64,000 bases of DNA from Alphaproteobacteria bacterium (GCA_964291675.2 OZ219866.1:3232001-3296000), one strand, 5' to 3'; positions 28,421 to 38,249 are shown, counted from the stretch's first letter. The notes: generated by a model not told the origin, from the sequence alone. Made by a program: numbers and translations.

Positions 28421-29722
28421 ATGCGGCTAGCGTTGGAAGAAGTGCGTCTTGTCCGGCACTTTGCTCGGGTTGACCAGATCAATTCACGAGGCGGTGAACT
28501 GCCGAGGCACCACTCGACAAGAGATTTTCCCGGTCTTCGCTCAACAATTGCCTTTCTTGTATGTATAATTGTCGGCGTTTCTGACACGAATGTTCAGGCT
28601 AGTAATAATCACTGCCTTCAGCTGATCAAGAATTCGCGAACAGTGTCTACAACAATAAAGGATGAAACAGATTTTTCCGACACAGTGGCACGCTTTTGCA
28701 AGGAGTATTCCCGTTCAATACAATCTGGCGAAAGCAAGAATTACGATGGTAGCTACAAGTTCCTTAAACTATCGTTGGGGCAATCTAGGAGTAACGAGGA
28801 CGTCTTAGCGAAGAGATATTGCCGTCATGATCGCGATAAAGACTTTCGCCGTGCCAGTTATAAGCGATACCTGGAGACCATTGCTCCCGGCGCCTACCAG
28901 GCGTACCTGGCTTGTATCGATTCAACCGAGGTGTCTTTCAGCCTTCTGAGCCCTCCGACTCCAAGTAGTCTTGAACTGGTAGTTCAATATAGAACTGATG
29001 ACTCAAACGCATCGACGACATTGAGTTGGTCTTCGCCGTCTAGACCTAATGTCAATTGCATATGGGAGAACGTTGAGCATCAGAATTCTACCACGACAAG
29101 CCTTGCATCGAACCGAAAAACTCGATTGATGTGCACTCGTAAGGATGTTAGAGCTGCGCCTATCGCACAGCCAGACCATGTGAATGTTGTTCGAATAGAC
29201 GGAGGAAAAGGGGATATCAACATACCTTGGCAAAAATACAATAATAACAATGAGCCAATTGCGACTCTTGGAGACATTGGAAGACAGCTTGACCGCAAGC
29301 TTCAACATATGCAAGATGAGATTGAGACACTCAAGAGTCTAACCAAAGTGTTGAAAGAACGCTCGCAAATCTCCAAGAAAAGAATAAACCAATATTTCAA
29401 TCGAAAATGGTACAATGTGAAACGTGATCGCAAGAAAAACACTTGCTACAAGAACGAATCGGCTTATCCAATTGAAGTGGCGGCCAGCACATCAATAGGT
29501 AAAGGGAACTTTTGTAATGTCCAATTGTTTATCGGTAAACACCGGTTGGTTAAACAATCTGACAATAATCCAGATTGGGCTAAGGTTTGTGCGATTGTCG
29601 CAACTGTCCCACCCAAGAAGGTGTACAAAGTCAGTGCCGATGGTTACAAAAAGGGACACATAATATTGTGGAGTGAGCTGAGGGCTGTCGGGGACGCCGT
29701 CAAGAAAGTTCGTTGTCCTTAG
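28421..29722 (+). CDS. Low-GC, Cys-rich putative secreted protein with coiled coil and C-terminal phage tail-fibre-tip-like domain
   Basis: Hydrophobic IAFLVCIIVGVS..NVQA segment (true start may be downstream of 28421); heptads LDRKLQHMQDEIETLKSL; C-term W.NV...R.....Y.N.S.YPI.V...VPP...Y.V......WSELR. Confidence 0.65.
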   Translation: MRLALEEVRLVRHFARVDQINSRGGELPRHHSTRDFPGLRSTIAFLVCIIVGVSDTNVQASNNHCLQLIKNSRTVSTTIKDETDFSDTVARFCKEYSRSIQSGESKNYDGSYKFLKLSLGQSRSNEDVLAKRYCRHDRDKDFRRASYKRYLETIAPGAYQAYLACIDSTEVSFSLLSPPTPSSLELVVQYRTDDSNASTTLSWSSPSRPNVNCIWENVEHQNSTTTSLASNRKTRLMCTRKDVRAAPIAQPDHVNVVRIDGGKGDINIPWQKYNNNNEPIATLGDIGRQLDRKLQHMQDEIETLKSLTKVLKERSQISKKRINQYFNRKWYNVKRDRKKNTCYKNESAYPIEVAASTSIGKGNFCNVQLFIGKHRLVKQSDNNPDWAKVCAIVATVPPKKVYKVSADGYKKGHIILWSELRAVGDAVKKVRCP

Positions 29723-30071
29723 CACACACCATGCAACGGCACCTAACTGATTGTACAGATACGGTATTTGGTTGGGATGCCGCCAGCGGGCGCCCGGTAG
29801 TCGGCCGATCAACCCGTCCACATCGGGGGTTTGGTAGTTCCTTCGTATCTCGCACAACTGGTGGCGTTAATTGGCCATGATTTCGTAGGCCCTGGCCCTT
29901 GAGACGTTGTTCATTCCGCTGGCACCCCCAGCCCGCCCCGGAATGTGACCCGGGGCGGGCTCAGTCTGCACCCTGCTTTGGGGTTCGGCGGATGGGCTCG
30001 CGTCCTTGGTGTATGAAGTTCGGCTCCGGGCACCGGTTAATCAAGAAGGGTGCGGTAGCTACTTTCACCGC

Positions 30072-30455
30072 ATGTGATCGGTTGGGGTCAAGGCGCTGAA
30101 TAATCGGTTGAGCGAATATTTCCGGCTCGCGGCCTCGGGCGAGACCTTACTGGTGACCGACGGCAACCGTGTCGCGGCGAAGCTCGGCGCGCTGCGGGAA
30201 GCTGGAGCCTGGTCTTCGCCGATGCTTTCCTTGCTGAGACGGTGTGGTCGGGCGTGCTTGCACCGCCGGCATTGACGGGATCGGGGACCGCCGCCCAAGC
30301 CCGCCCCGGTCGCCGGTCTGGACGAAGATCCAGCCAAACTCGACGAGAGCCGGTGCGACCGGTGATCTTTCCTGACACGTCGGTCGGGCTGGCCTGGCTG
30401 CAGACGGAGGACCGCTGGCCCTGGCGGCCCTCTGGGACGAGAAACGAGTCTCCAT
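30072..30455 (+). pseudogene. Degenerate Phd/YefM antitoxin + truncated VapC (PIN) toxin
   Basis: M*SVGVKALNNRLSEYFRLAASGETLLVTD..RV (stop at codon 2, later frameshifts); overlapping GTG 30362 IFPDTSV.LA.L..EDR (PIN start) cut at ~30456; GTAGCTAC palindrome upstream. Confidence 0.7.
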
Positions 30456-30824
30456 TGTCAGCGCCGATTGACAGTCAAGAGCCGAGTTTCTCGCTGTTGA
30501 GCCACGCCGTGGACGATCGTCATCGCCCTTGCTGAGTGTTCGCAGAATTAATGCACAATCCCAAAGCGGAGCCATGTGCGGCAAAGATGCTCTTTACCTC
30601 CCCACCGAAGACCGATCGGGTTTCCGCATTCGAATGGATGGTATAGCGGGCGGTGGGACAGAGCTGTGACGAAGGATCCATCCGGGCCTCGTTCAATCAG
30701 AGTAAATGGTCGGTCGACCGGCATTCGGTGCGGGTATGAACCAACTTCAACAATAGGATTTCAAAACTGCGCGTAGTTTGATCGGTTTATCATTGCCTCC
30801 GAGGCGGATGGGGACTCTGGATCA

Positions 30825-31433
30825 ATGGATATTCGGCCTGACGAGCGCGTCGCGGTCTTCATCGACGGCGCCAACGTGCACGCCACGACGCGCGCGCTCG
30901 GCTTCGACATCGACTTCCGCAAGCTGCTGGAGATCATGGCGGCGCGCGGCCGGCTGGTGCGGGCGTATTACTATACCGCGCTGGTCGAGGTCGAGGATCA
31001 CTCGCCCGTCCGTCCGCTGGTCGACTGGCTCGAATACAACGGCTACACGACCGTCACCAAGCCCGCGAAGGAATTCGCCGACGCCACCGGGCGGCGCCGG
31101 GTCAAAGGCAATATGGGCGTAGAGATCGCGGTCGACATGATGGCGATGGCGGGGAAGGTCGATCACGCTGTGCTGTTCTCCTGCGACGGCGACTTCCACC
31201 GCCTGGTGGAGGCGGTTCAGCGCACCGGCGCGCGGGTGAGCGTAGTCTCGACGCGGCGCACGTCGCCGCCGGCGGTGGCGGACGACCTGCGCCGCCAGGC
31301 CGACGCGTTCGTCGAGCTCGACGACCTCGCGCCACTGATCTCGCGCGAGCGTCCGGTCTCGCGCAAGCGTCCGGCGGAGCTCCGCGCGCCCACCCGGGCG
31401 CGGCCTGGACCGGACGAAGCTGGGTTCGGGTAA
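30825..31433 (+). CDS. NYN-domain (LabA/DUF88) protein
   Basis: VFIDGAN, RAYYY, KGNM.VEIAVD, LFS.DGDF, L.RQAD.F. Confidence 0.9.
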   Translation: MDIRPDERVAVFIDGANVHATTRALGFDIDFRKLLEIMAARGRLVRAYYYTALVEVEDHSPVRPLVDWLEYNGYTTVTKPAKEFADATGRRRVKGNMGVEIAVDMMAMAGKVDHAVLFSCDGDFHRLVEAVQRTGARVSVVSTRRTSPPAVADDLRRQADAFVELDDLAPLISRERPVSRKRPAELRAPTRARPGPDEAGFG

Positions 31434-31541
31434 GGGAAGGGGCGACGCCGATCCAATGTCCCGTCCGTTGCGGCGGAAGGCGCGGGCAGGTATTGCTTCA
31501 GCCACGTGACGATCGTTTGACACAGATGGGGAAATCGACCG

Positions 31542-32078
31542 GTGGCGAAGAGATTGGCGAGCACGGCGGCCACGCTCTCGGCGTTGATCGCAGAAGTCGA
31601 GGCCGAGGCTTATGCTCGCGGACGGGCCGACGCGCGGAACGAGCTGCTGGAGGCGCTGAGCACAGGGAAAGTGACGAAGCGGCAGACGCAGGCAGAGCGC
31701 GGTGGACGGGCAGCGAAGGCGACGCGTCGGACCCGCGGACGCGGGCGTGCGCCGCGCGGCTCGGTGCGCCGGTTCGTCGAACGGGTGCTCGGCGAACATC
31801 CGGGCTCGACGGTGGACGAAATCGTCGGCCGTGCCGCCGACGATATCGAGCGTTCGATCAAGGCGTCGTCGATCCGGGTCGAATTGCGCAACGGACGGGC
31901 ACAGCAACGCTACCTTTCCAACAACCGCCGCTGGTCGCTGGCGCCGGCCGATGCAGGCATCGAGGAAGACGTGTCCGGGGCCGGCGGGGAGGACACGCCG
32001 ACCGACCGGGTTGCCGTACCGACGGAGACCGCAGCCGAAGGGAAGGAAGACGGCGGCAAGCTCGGCCTGTCCTGGTGA
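31542..32078 (+). CDS. Hypothetical DNA-binding protein (helical N-terminus, basic linker, wHTH-like C-terminus)
   Basis: RAPRGSVRRFVERVLGEHPGSTVDEI...SSIRVELR...RY....RWSL resembles a winged helix. Confidence 0.5.
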   Translation: MAKRLASTAATLSALIAEVEAEAYARGRADARNELLEALSTGKVTKRQTQAERGGRAAKATRRTRGRGRAPRGSVRRFVERVLGEHPGSTVDEIVGRAADDIERSIKASSIRVELRNGRAQQRYLSNNRRWSLAPADAGIEEDVSGAGGEDTPTDRVAVPTETAAEGKEDGGKLGLSW

Positions 32079-32495
32079 TCCGCACACCCGGCATGGACAC
32101 CCCAACCGCCCCGGAATCAACCGCGACTGACAGGGTCCCTACGACCCGACGATGAATTTGCCCCCTACAACAGCCGCTATCGAGTCTGCCGCCAGGTCCA
32201 TGTGTTGGCATAGTGTTGATTCGATGCCGCCAATATCCTGCACCACCCATCCAGCCCTTCCGGTGGAAGACCGTAACTCTATGGTATCGCCGATATATTG
32301 GTACCGCGTCTGCAAATGCTGAGTGATCCTAGGCAGTTACTCACATTAAAGTGAAACATTAGGCCCACCTCCGGCCGTGCCCAACCGGCCCCGGGAAAGC
32401 CGCCGGAGCGCCGCCCGTATCGCATTTCTCCGGTTCCGGCCTATATTGTGGGCTGGAAGGCAGGACTATACCGCGCCCGGCGGTGGGGAGGTGCG

Positions 32496-33365
32496 ATGAC
32501 CACGCGGTCCATTCTCGCTTTGCTGATCGAGCCGGAGACCGACCGGGCGGTGCTGCACGCGGCCGGCGCGATCGCCAGGGACTTTTCCGCCCATGTCGCG
32601 GTCACCCATGTGCGCGAGCGCCCGCGGGCGATCGCCGCGATGGGCTATGAGGGCATCCACGCCTATGTCAGCCACGACCTGGAGGCCGAGCATATCGAGC
32701 GGGCCAACGAGATCGAGGCCGCCTCGCGCGGGCATTTCGACGCCTTCGTCGGCGAGACCGGGTTCGAGATCCGCACCCGCGCGGGGCACTCCGACCAGCC
32801 GTCGGTGAGCTGGGAGGCGATCGACGAGTTCGGCCCCGACGTGGTCGCCAGGCGGGGCGGCGCCTACGATTTGATCGTCGTCGGCCGGCCGCTCGGCGGG
32901 CCGACCAATCTCGACCTGCTGAGCGTCGAATCGGCGATCTTCGCCACCGGGCGGCCGGTCCTGGTGACCCCGCCCGACCCGCCCGAGCATATCGGCGAGA
33001 CCGTGCTGGTCGGCTGGAACCGGAGCGGCCCGGCGGCGCGCGCGTTCCACGCCGCCAAGGCGCTGCTGCTGGAGCGCTCGAGGAAGGTGCGCCTGCTGTC
33101 GGTCTCGACCGGCGCCAAGCAGGGGCCGCCCGCCGAGGCGATCAGCGAGAACCTCGCCTGGCACGGCATCGAGGCCGAGATCCGCGAGCTGTCGCCCGAC
33201 TACCGCTCGATCGGCGAGGTGCTGCTCGCCGAGGCCAGCGCGATCGGCGCCGACCTCCTGGTGATGGGCGCGTTCTCGCGCAGCCGGCTGCGCCAGCTCA
33301 TCCTCGGCGGGGTGACCCAGCACGTGCTGACCCGGGCCGAGATGCCGGTCTTCATGGCGCATTGA
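32496..33365 (+). CDS. Universal stress protein (tandem USP)
   Basis: DLIVVGRP, TGRPVLV.P, VLVGWN.S..AARA, ADLLVMGAFSRSRLRQ.ILGGVT..VL.....PVFMAH. Confidence 0.92.
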   Translation: MTTRSILALLIEPETDRAVLHAAGAIARDFSAHVAVTHVRERPRAIAAMGYEGIHAYVSHDLEAEHIERANEIEAASRGHFDAFVGETGFEIRTRAGHSDQPSVSWEAIDEFGPDVVARRGGAYDLIVVGRPLGGPTNLDLLSVESAIFATGRPVLVTPPDPPEHIGETVLVGWNRSGPAARAFHAAKALLLERSRKVRLLSVSTGAKQGPPAEAISENLAWHGIEAEIRELSPDYRSIGEVLLAEASAIGADLLVMGAFSRSRLRQLILGGVTQHVLTRAEMPVFMAH

Positions 33366-34788
33366 GCGGCGCCGGGCGGGCGCGGCCCAGCACAAGCTCG
33401 AAGCGCCCGGCGACCGCCATCGCCAGCCGGTCGGCGCCCCACTTGGCGACCACCTGGAGGCCCACCGGAAGCCCGTCCCGGTCGAACCCGCAGGGGATCG
33501 AGACCGCCGGCTGGCCCGACAGGTTGAACGGGTAGGTGTAGGGCGTCCAGCTCACCCAGGGGAGCGGCGCGTCCGCCTCGCCGCCCGGCGGCACCTCGTC
33601 CCCGGCGGCGAAGGCGGTGAGCGGCATCGTCGGCGTGACCAGCACGTCGCAGGCTTCCAGGAGCGCGGCGAGCGCCGCGTTGTGCCGGCGCCGGCCGTCG
33701 ATAGCGCCGAGCAAATCGCCCGTCGAATAGCCGCGCGCCAGCGCCGCGCAGCGCACCAGCCCGGGGTCCATCTCCGCCCCCCGCGCGGCGATCGTGTCGG
33801 CGAAGCCGAACCCCCGCCCGGTCACCCACAAAGTCTCGAAGACGCCGCGCGGCAGCGGGAGGTCGAGCGCGGTCTCCGACCAGGCCGCCGGCACCGCGCG
33901 CTTGAGCCGCGCCACCGCGCCCGCGAAGACCGCGGCCACGCCGGCCCCGGGCGCGACCCCGAACGGCGCGGCGGCGACCGCCACCCGCAGCCCTCCCGCG
34001 CGCAGCCGGGCGAGCGCCTCGCGCGGGGCGGCATCGGGCGCGCCGTAGGACAGCGGGTCGCGCGGGTCCGGCCCCGCGGTCGCCGCGACCGCCAGCGCCG
34101 CGTCCCCGACCGAGCGCGCCAGCGGCCCGACATGGGAGAGCGAGCCGGTCACCGTCCCGGGCCAGACCGGAATCCGGCCCAGCGTCGGCTTCACGCCGAC
34201 GATCCCGCAGAACGCGGCCGGGATGCGGATCGACCCGCCGGCGTCCGAGCCGAGCGCGACCGGCACCGCGCCCGACGCCACGGTGGCCGCCGAGCCCGCG
34301 CTGGAGCCGCCCGGGTCGCGGGAGGCGTCCCACGGGTTGCGGGTGATGCCGGTCAGCGGCGAATTCCCGGTCCCCTTCCAGCCGAATTCCGGCATGGCGG
34401 TCTTGCCGACGATCACCGCGCCGGCCGCCAGCACGCGCTCGATCGTCGGCGCGTTCTCCGCCACCGGATCGTCCGATGCGGTGCGCGAGCCGCGCGAGAC
34501 CGGATGCCCGGCGAGGTAGAAGTTGTCCTTCACCGCGATCGGCACCCCGTGCAGCGTCCCCCGGGGACGGCCCGCGCGGGCCTCGGCCTCGCGCTCCGCC
34601 GCGGCGGCGAGCGCGTCGCGGTCGAGCAGGCGCACATAGGCGTTGATCCGGGGCTCCGCGTCCCGCGCCGCTGCCAGCGCGTGCTCGGCGAGATGGACCG
34701 GCGAGACCGCGCCGTCGGCGACCAGGCGCGCCGCGCGCCTGGCCGTGAGCCGGCGGTAGCGGGCGGGCGAGAGCTCGGCGTAGCTCAT
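33352..34788 (-). CDS. Amidase (amidase-signature family)
   Basis: LHGVPIAVKD, GKT..PEFG, PGGSSAGSAA, GSDAGGSIRIPA.FCG. Confidence 0.93.
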   Translation of the reverse strand: MSYAELSPARYRRLTARRAARLVADGAVSPVHLAEHALAAARDAEPRINAYVRLLDRDALAAAAEREAEARAGRPRGTLHGVPIAVKDNFYLAGHPVSRGSRTASDDPVAENAPTIERVLAAGAVIVGKTAMPEFGWKGTGNSPLTGITRNPWDASRDPGGSSAGSAATVASGAVPVALGSDAGGSIRIPAAFCGIVGVKPTLGRIPVWPGTVTGSLSHVGPLARSVGDAALAVAATAGPDPRDPLSYGAPDAAPREALARLRAGGLRVAVAAAPFGVAPGAGVAAVFAGAVARLKRAVPAAWSETALDLPLPRGVFETLWVTGRGFGFADTIAARGAEMDPGLVRCAALARGYSTGDLLGAIDGRRRHNAALAALLEACDVLVTPTMPLTAFAAGDEVPPGGEADAPLPWVSWTPYTYPFNLSGQPAVSIPCGFDRDGLPVGLQVVAKWGADRLAMAVAGRFELVLGRARPAPLNAP

Positions 34789-35972
34789 GCCTCGCCGAGC
34801 AGGTTGAGCGCCGCCAGCGCGTTGATCCTTGTGGCGGTCGCGATGTCGGCGAGCGCCAGCGACTCGTCCGGCTGGTAGACCGGCTCGCCGCCCGGGCCGA
34901 AGATCGCGGTCTCGCAGAGCGCGCCGAAGCTCGCCGTGTCGCCGAGCCAGGAGCCGCCGACGAAGACGGGCGGCCGTCCCATCACCGCTTCCCACGCCTC
35001 GGCGAGGCAGCGCACCACGGGCGCATTCGTGGGAACCATGAAGGAGCTCTTCTCGTCGGCGAGCACGAGCTCGGCCCTGATCTCCGGGTCGCGCGCCTGC
35101 GCCCGCCCGATCGCGCCCTCGATCAGCCCCCGCACCTCGTCGGGCGCCACGCCCGGCTGCGGGCGCGTGTCGACGCGGATGGTGCAGCGGTCGGGGATCA
35201 TCGACGGCCCGCCCGGGAACAGCCCGCCGTATATGCGCCCGACCGCGATATGGAGCTCGGGGCCGACCAGGGCCTTCATCTCGTCCGAGATATCCGGGAA
35301 GTGGCGGAGCTTCGCGATCTCGTCGGCCACCGGCAGCATCTTCTCGATCGCGTTGACCGCCAGATCCTTGTGGCAGGTATGGGCGGAGAGGCCGACCGTC
35401 GAGACGTCGAAATAGTAGCGCCCGCGATGGGCGACGTAGATCTCCATGCCGGTCAGCTCGCCGAGGATGCAGTGGTCGAAGCGGTGCCGGCGGAACAGGT
35501 CGATGCTGCCGGTCTGGTCGCCCATGTGGTCGCACACCGCCGCAAAGGTGATCTTTCCCGAGAACGCGGCGCCCGAGTCGAGGACGGTCTTGATCGCGCC
35601 GATCTGGCAGCCCAGCCCGGCCTTCATGTCCATCACCCCGTGGCCGAACATCCTGCCGTCCTCGATGGCGCCGTCGAACGGGTCGCGGGTCCAGCCCTCG
35701 CAGACCGGCTTGGTGTCGAGATGGCCGGTGAACAGGAGGTGCGGGCCGGGCCTGCCCGAATCGACCTCCCACAGCGTGTTCGAGCGGCCGTCGAACACCT
35801 CCTCGCGCCACACCCGGCCGACGCCGATCTCGCGGATTCGCTCCTCCAGCTCGGCGGCAAGGGTGGCCTCCCTGCCGCAGGTGCTGTCGGTCCGCACCAG
35901 GCCCTGGGTGACGTCGACCGAGAGCGAGTCCTGCAAGGCTCCCGTCACGCGTTCCAGCACATCCGTCCGCAT
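34785..35972 (-). CDS. M20-family metallopeptidase/deacylase (ArgE/DapE-like)
   Basis: FTGHLDT, G.G..DMKAG, G.SAH, NAIEKM, FGPG. The usual DEE motif reads DHM and the C-terminal His is replaced. Confidence 0.85.
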   Translation of the reverse strand: MRTDVLERVTGALQDSLSVDVTQGLVRTDSTCGREATLAAELEERIREIGVGRVWREEVFDGRSNTLWEVDSGRPGPHLLFTGHLDTKPVCEGWTRDPFDGAIEDGRMFGHGVMDMKAGLGCQIGAIKTVLDSGAAFSGKITFAAVCDHMGDQTGSIDLFRRHRFDHCILGELTGMEIYVAHRGRYYFDVSTVGLSAHTCHKDLAVNAIEKMLPVADEIAKLRHFPDISDEMKALVGPELHIAVGRIYGGLFPGGPSMIPDRCTIRVDTRPQPGVAPDEVRGLIEGAIGRAQARDPEIRAELVLADEKSSFMVPTNAPVVRCLAEAWEAVMGRPPVFVGGSWLGDTASFGALCETAIFGPGGEPVYQPDESLALADIATATRINALAALNLLGEA

Positions 35973-36050
35973 CGCCGGCTCCTCCCCAAACCCCGCCCGA
36001 TTATGCGGAGCGGCGGGCCGCATTGCATCCGCCTTCGAGCGCCACCCCTT

Positions 36051-36361
36051 CGTCACGCCCGGCCCCCGGATCGAGTCCGGGGGCGATCCGGGCACCCACT
36101 GGCGCCGCCGCCTCTCCCGACGCGGCGTGGTACCCGGTGGCGCCAGTGGTTGCGCGGATCGAGTCCGCGCATGGGTGGCCGGATCAAGTCCGGCCATGAC
36201 GGGGGGGAGGGAGCGCCATGCCTACCCCCCCTCGTCATGCCCGGACTTGATCCGGGCACCCACTGGCGCCGCCACCCCTCCCGACCCGCCGCCGTGCGCG
36301 CGGAGCGGCTGCATGGGTGGCCGGATCACCCCCGGACTCGATCCGGGGGCCGGGCATGACG
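36051..36361. repeat. Two REP-like (CGTCA(T/C)G) palindrome doublets
   Basis: cgtcatgcccggacttgatccgggcaccca ... tgggtggccggatcaagtccggccatgacg type units in inverted pairs, two with an extra cccccggatcgagtccggggg hairpin. Confidence 0.8.
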
Positions 36362-36451
36362 GAGAGGGGCGGGGGCGGTGTCGGGGGACCGCGCCGGTTC
36401 CATCGGCAACCCGCACGCGCTAGCGTGGGCGCCGCGCCGCGGGAGGGCAGC

Positions 36452-37450
36452 ATGCGTTTCGGGATGACGACGATGGCGGTCGAGCCGCCGGACCGGTTCC
36501 GCCGGCTGGTCGAGACCGCCGAGGACGGCGGCTGCGACTATCTCTGGGTCTGCGATTCGTCGCTGCACGCGCGCGACGTCTACAGCTATCTCACCGTCGC
36601 CGCGCTGCACTCCGAGAGGCTGCGCATCGGCCCCAACTGCACCCACCCCTATACGCGCCACCCGGCGATCAACCTGAACGCCATGGCGACCGTCCACGAG
36701 CTGTCCGGCGGGCGCGGCATCGTCGCGGTCGCGACCGGCGACCGGCCGGTGATGGAGCTCGGCTATCCGATGGCGCGGGTCGCCGTGGTGCGCGAGATGA
36801 TCGGGGTGATGCGGGCGCTGGAGACCGGCGAGACGGTGACGCGCGACGGCGAGACCTTCGCGCTCAAGGACGCGCGGCTCTCTTTCGACCTGCCGGCGCC
36901 GCTCCCGGTCTATCTCGCGGCGTCGGGGCCGCGCATGCTGCGCATGGGGGGCGAGCTCGCCGACGGCGTGCTGTTTCTCGCGGGCGTCCACGAGGACTGC
37001 ATCGCCTACGCGATGGAACGCATCCGCGAGGGCGCCGAAGCCGCCGGGCGCGATGCGAGCGCGATCGACATCGGCTGCACGGTCTACGGCTCGCTGCAGG
37101 ACGACGCCGACGCCGCGCGGGCGCTGTGCCGGCCGATGGCCGCCTGGTTCCCGCAGACCTCGCGCCAGTACGCCGAAATCGCCGGCGTGCCGGAGCAGCG
37201 GATCGAGAACATCAGGGCGGCCTATGCCGGCGGGCATTTCGACCAGGCGAAGGCGGCGATGGACTTCGTCACCGAGGACATGATCGACGCCTTCACCGTC
37301 GGCGGGCCGCCGGATGTGTGGATCGACCGGCTGGGGCGCATCGCCGCGCTCGGCGTCGAGCACATCAACGTGTTCCTGCTCGGCCCCGACCGCGCGGCGA
37401 TGGGCGAGCGCCTGGTCAGGGACGTGTTTCCGCATATCGGGAGGGGCTGA
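36452..37450 (+). CDS. LLM-class flavin-dependent oxidoreductase (Mer-like)
   Basis: LWVCDS, RHPA...NA.ATV.ELSGGR, VYLAASGPRML..GGE.ADGV. Confidence 0.9.
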   Translation: MRFGMTTMAVEPPDRFRRLVETAEDGGCDYLWVCDSSLHARDVYSYLTVAALHSERLRIGPNCTHPYTRHPAINLNAMATVHELSGGRGIVAVATGDRPVMELGYPMARVAVVREMIGVMRALETGETVTRDGETFALKDARLSFDLPAPLPVYLAASGPRMLRMGGELADGVLFLAGVHEDCIAYAMERIREGAEAAGRDASAIDIGCTVYGSLQDDADAARALCRPMAAWFPQTSRQYAEIAGVPEQRIENIRAAYAGGHFDQAKAAMDFVTEDMIDAFTVGGPPDVWIDRLGRIAALGVEHINVFLLGPDRAAMGERLVRDVFPHIGRG

Positions 37451-37451
37451 C

Positions 37452-38249
37452 ATGCCGCGCGCCACGGTCAACGGGGTCTCGCTCAACTACGACGAATGGG
37501 GCGCCGGCCATCCGCTGCTCCTGCTGATGGGGTTCGGCGACGGGCTGCACGCCTGGGCGAACCAGATCCCCGCCTTCGCGCAAGAATTCCGCACCATAGC
37601 GCTCGACCACCGGGGGAGCGGCGAATCGGAGGCGCCGCGGGGCGGCTACTCGATCCCGCAATTCGCCGACGACGCGATCGGCCTGCTGGACCGGCTCGGC
37701 GTCGAGCGGGCGCATGTGCTCGGCTACTCGATGGGCGGGCGCGTCGGCCAGGACATGGCCGCGCGCCACCCCGGCCGGGTCTCCGCCCTGGTGCTCGCCG
37801 CCTCCGCCGCCAAGGCCAATCCGCTCAACGTCTACAGCCTGCGCGCCTCGGCCTGGCTGTACGAGACCCACGGCCCCGAGGCGGCGGCGGCGTTCGGCCC
37901 GCTGATCTCCTTTACCCACGACTATTTCCGGGACCGTCTCGACTCCCTCACCGAGGAGCTCGGCGCGCCGGTCTACGAGCCGATGCCGCTGCACGCCTAT
38001 CGCGGCCACGTCGAGGCCATCGAGAGCCACGATTCGACCCCCATCCTCGGGCGCATCGCCGCGCCGACGCTGGTGCTGATGGGGGATGCGGAGTGGCTCA
38101 ACCCGATGGCCGACCAGCAGGCGATGCTCGACGGGATCCCGGGCGCCACGCTCCGCGTGCTGGAGAATGGCGGGCACGGCTTCCTGTGGGAGATTCCGGA
38201 CGCGTTCAACCGGGCGGTGATCGACTTCCTCGCCCCGCTGACGCCGTGA
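37452..38249 (+). CDS. Alpha/beta hydrolase
   Basis: DHRGSGES, GYSMGG nucleophile elbow, PTLVLMG, GGH. Confidence 0.92.
   Translation: MPRATVNGVSLNYDEWGAGHPLLLLMGFGDGLHAWANQIPAFAQEFRTIALDHRGSGESEAPRGGYSIPQFADDAIGLLDRLGVERAHVLGYSMGGRVGQDMAARHPGRVSALVLAASAAKANPLNVYSLRASAWLYETHGPEAAAAFGPLISFTHDYFRDRLDSLTEELGAPVYEPMPLHAYRGHVEAIESHDSTPILGRIAAPTLVLMGDAEWLNPMADQQAMLDGIPGATLRVLENGGHGFLWEIPDAFNRAVIDFLAPLTP

Noticed and set aside
32290-32380. Possible tRNA-derived att site or dif site at the island boundary
   Set aside because: TGGTAC matches the tRNA-Leu end for only 6 bp, and the AT-rich palindromes do not fit XerC/XerD arms convincingly.
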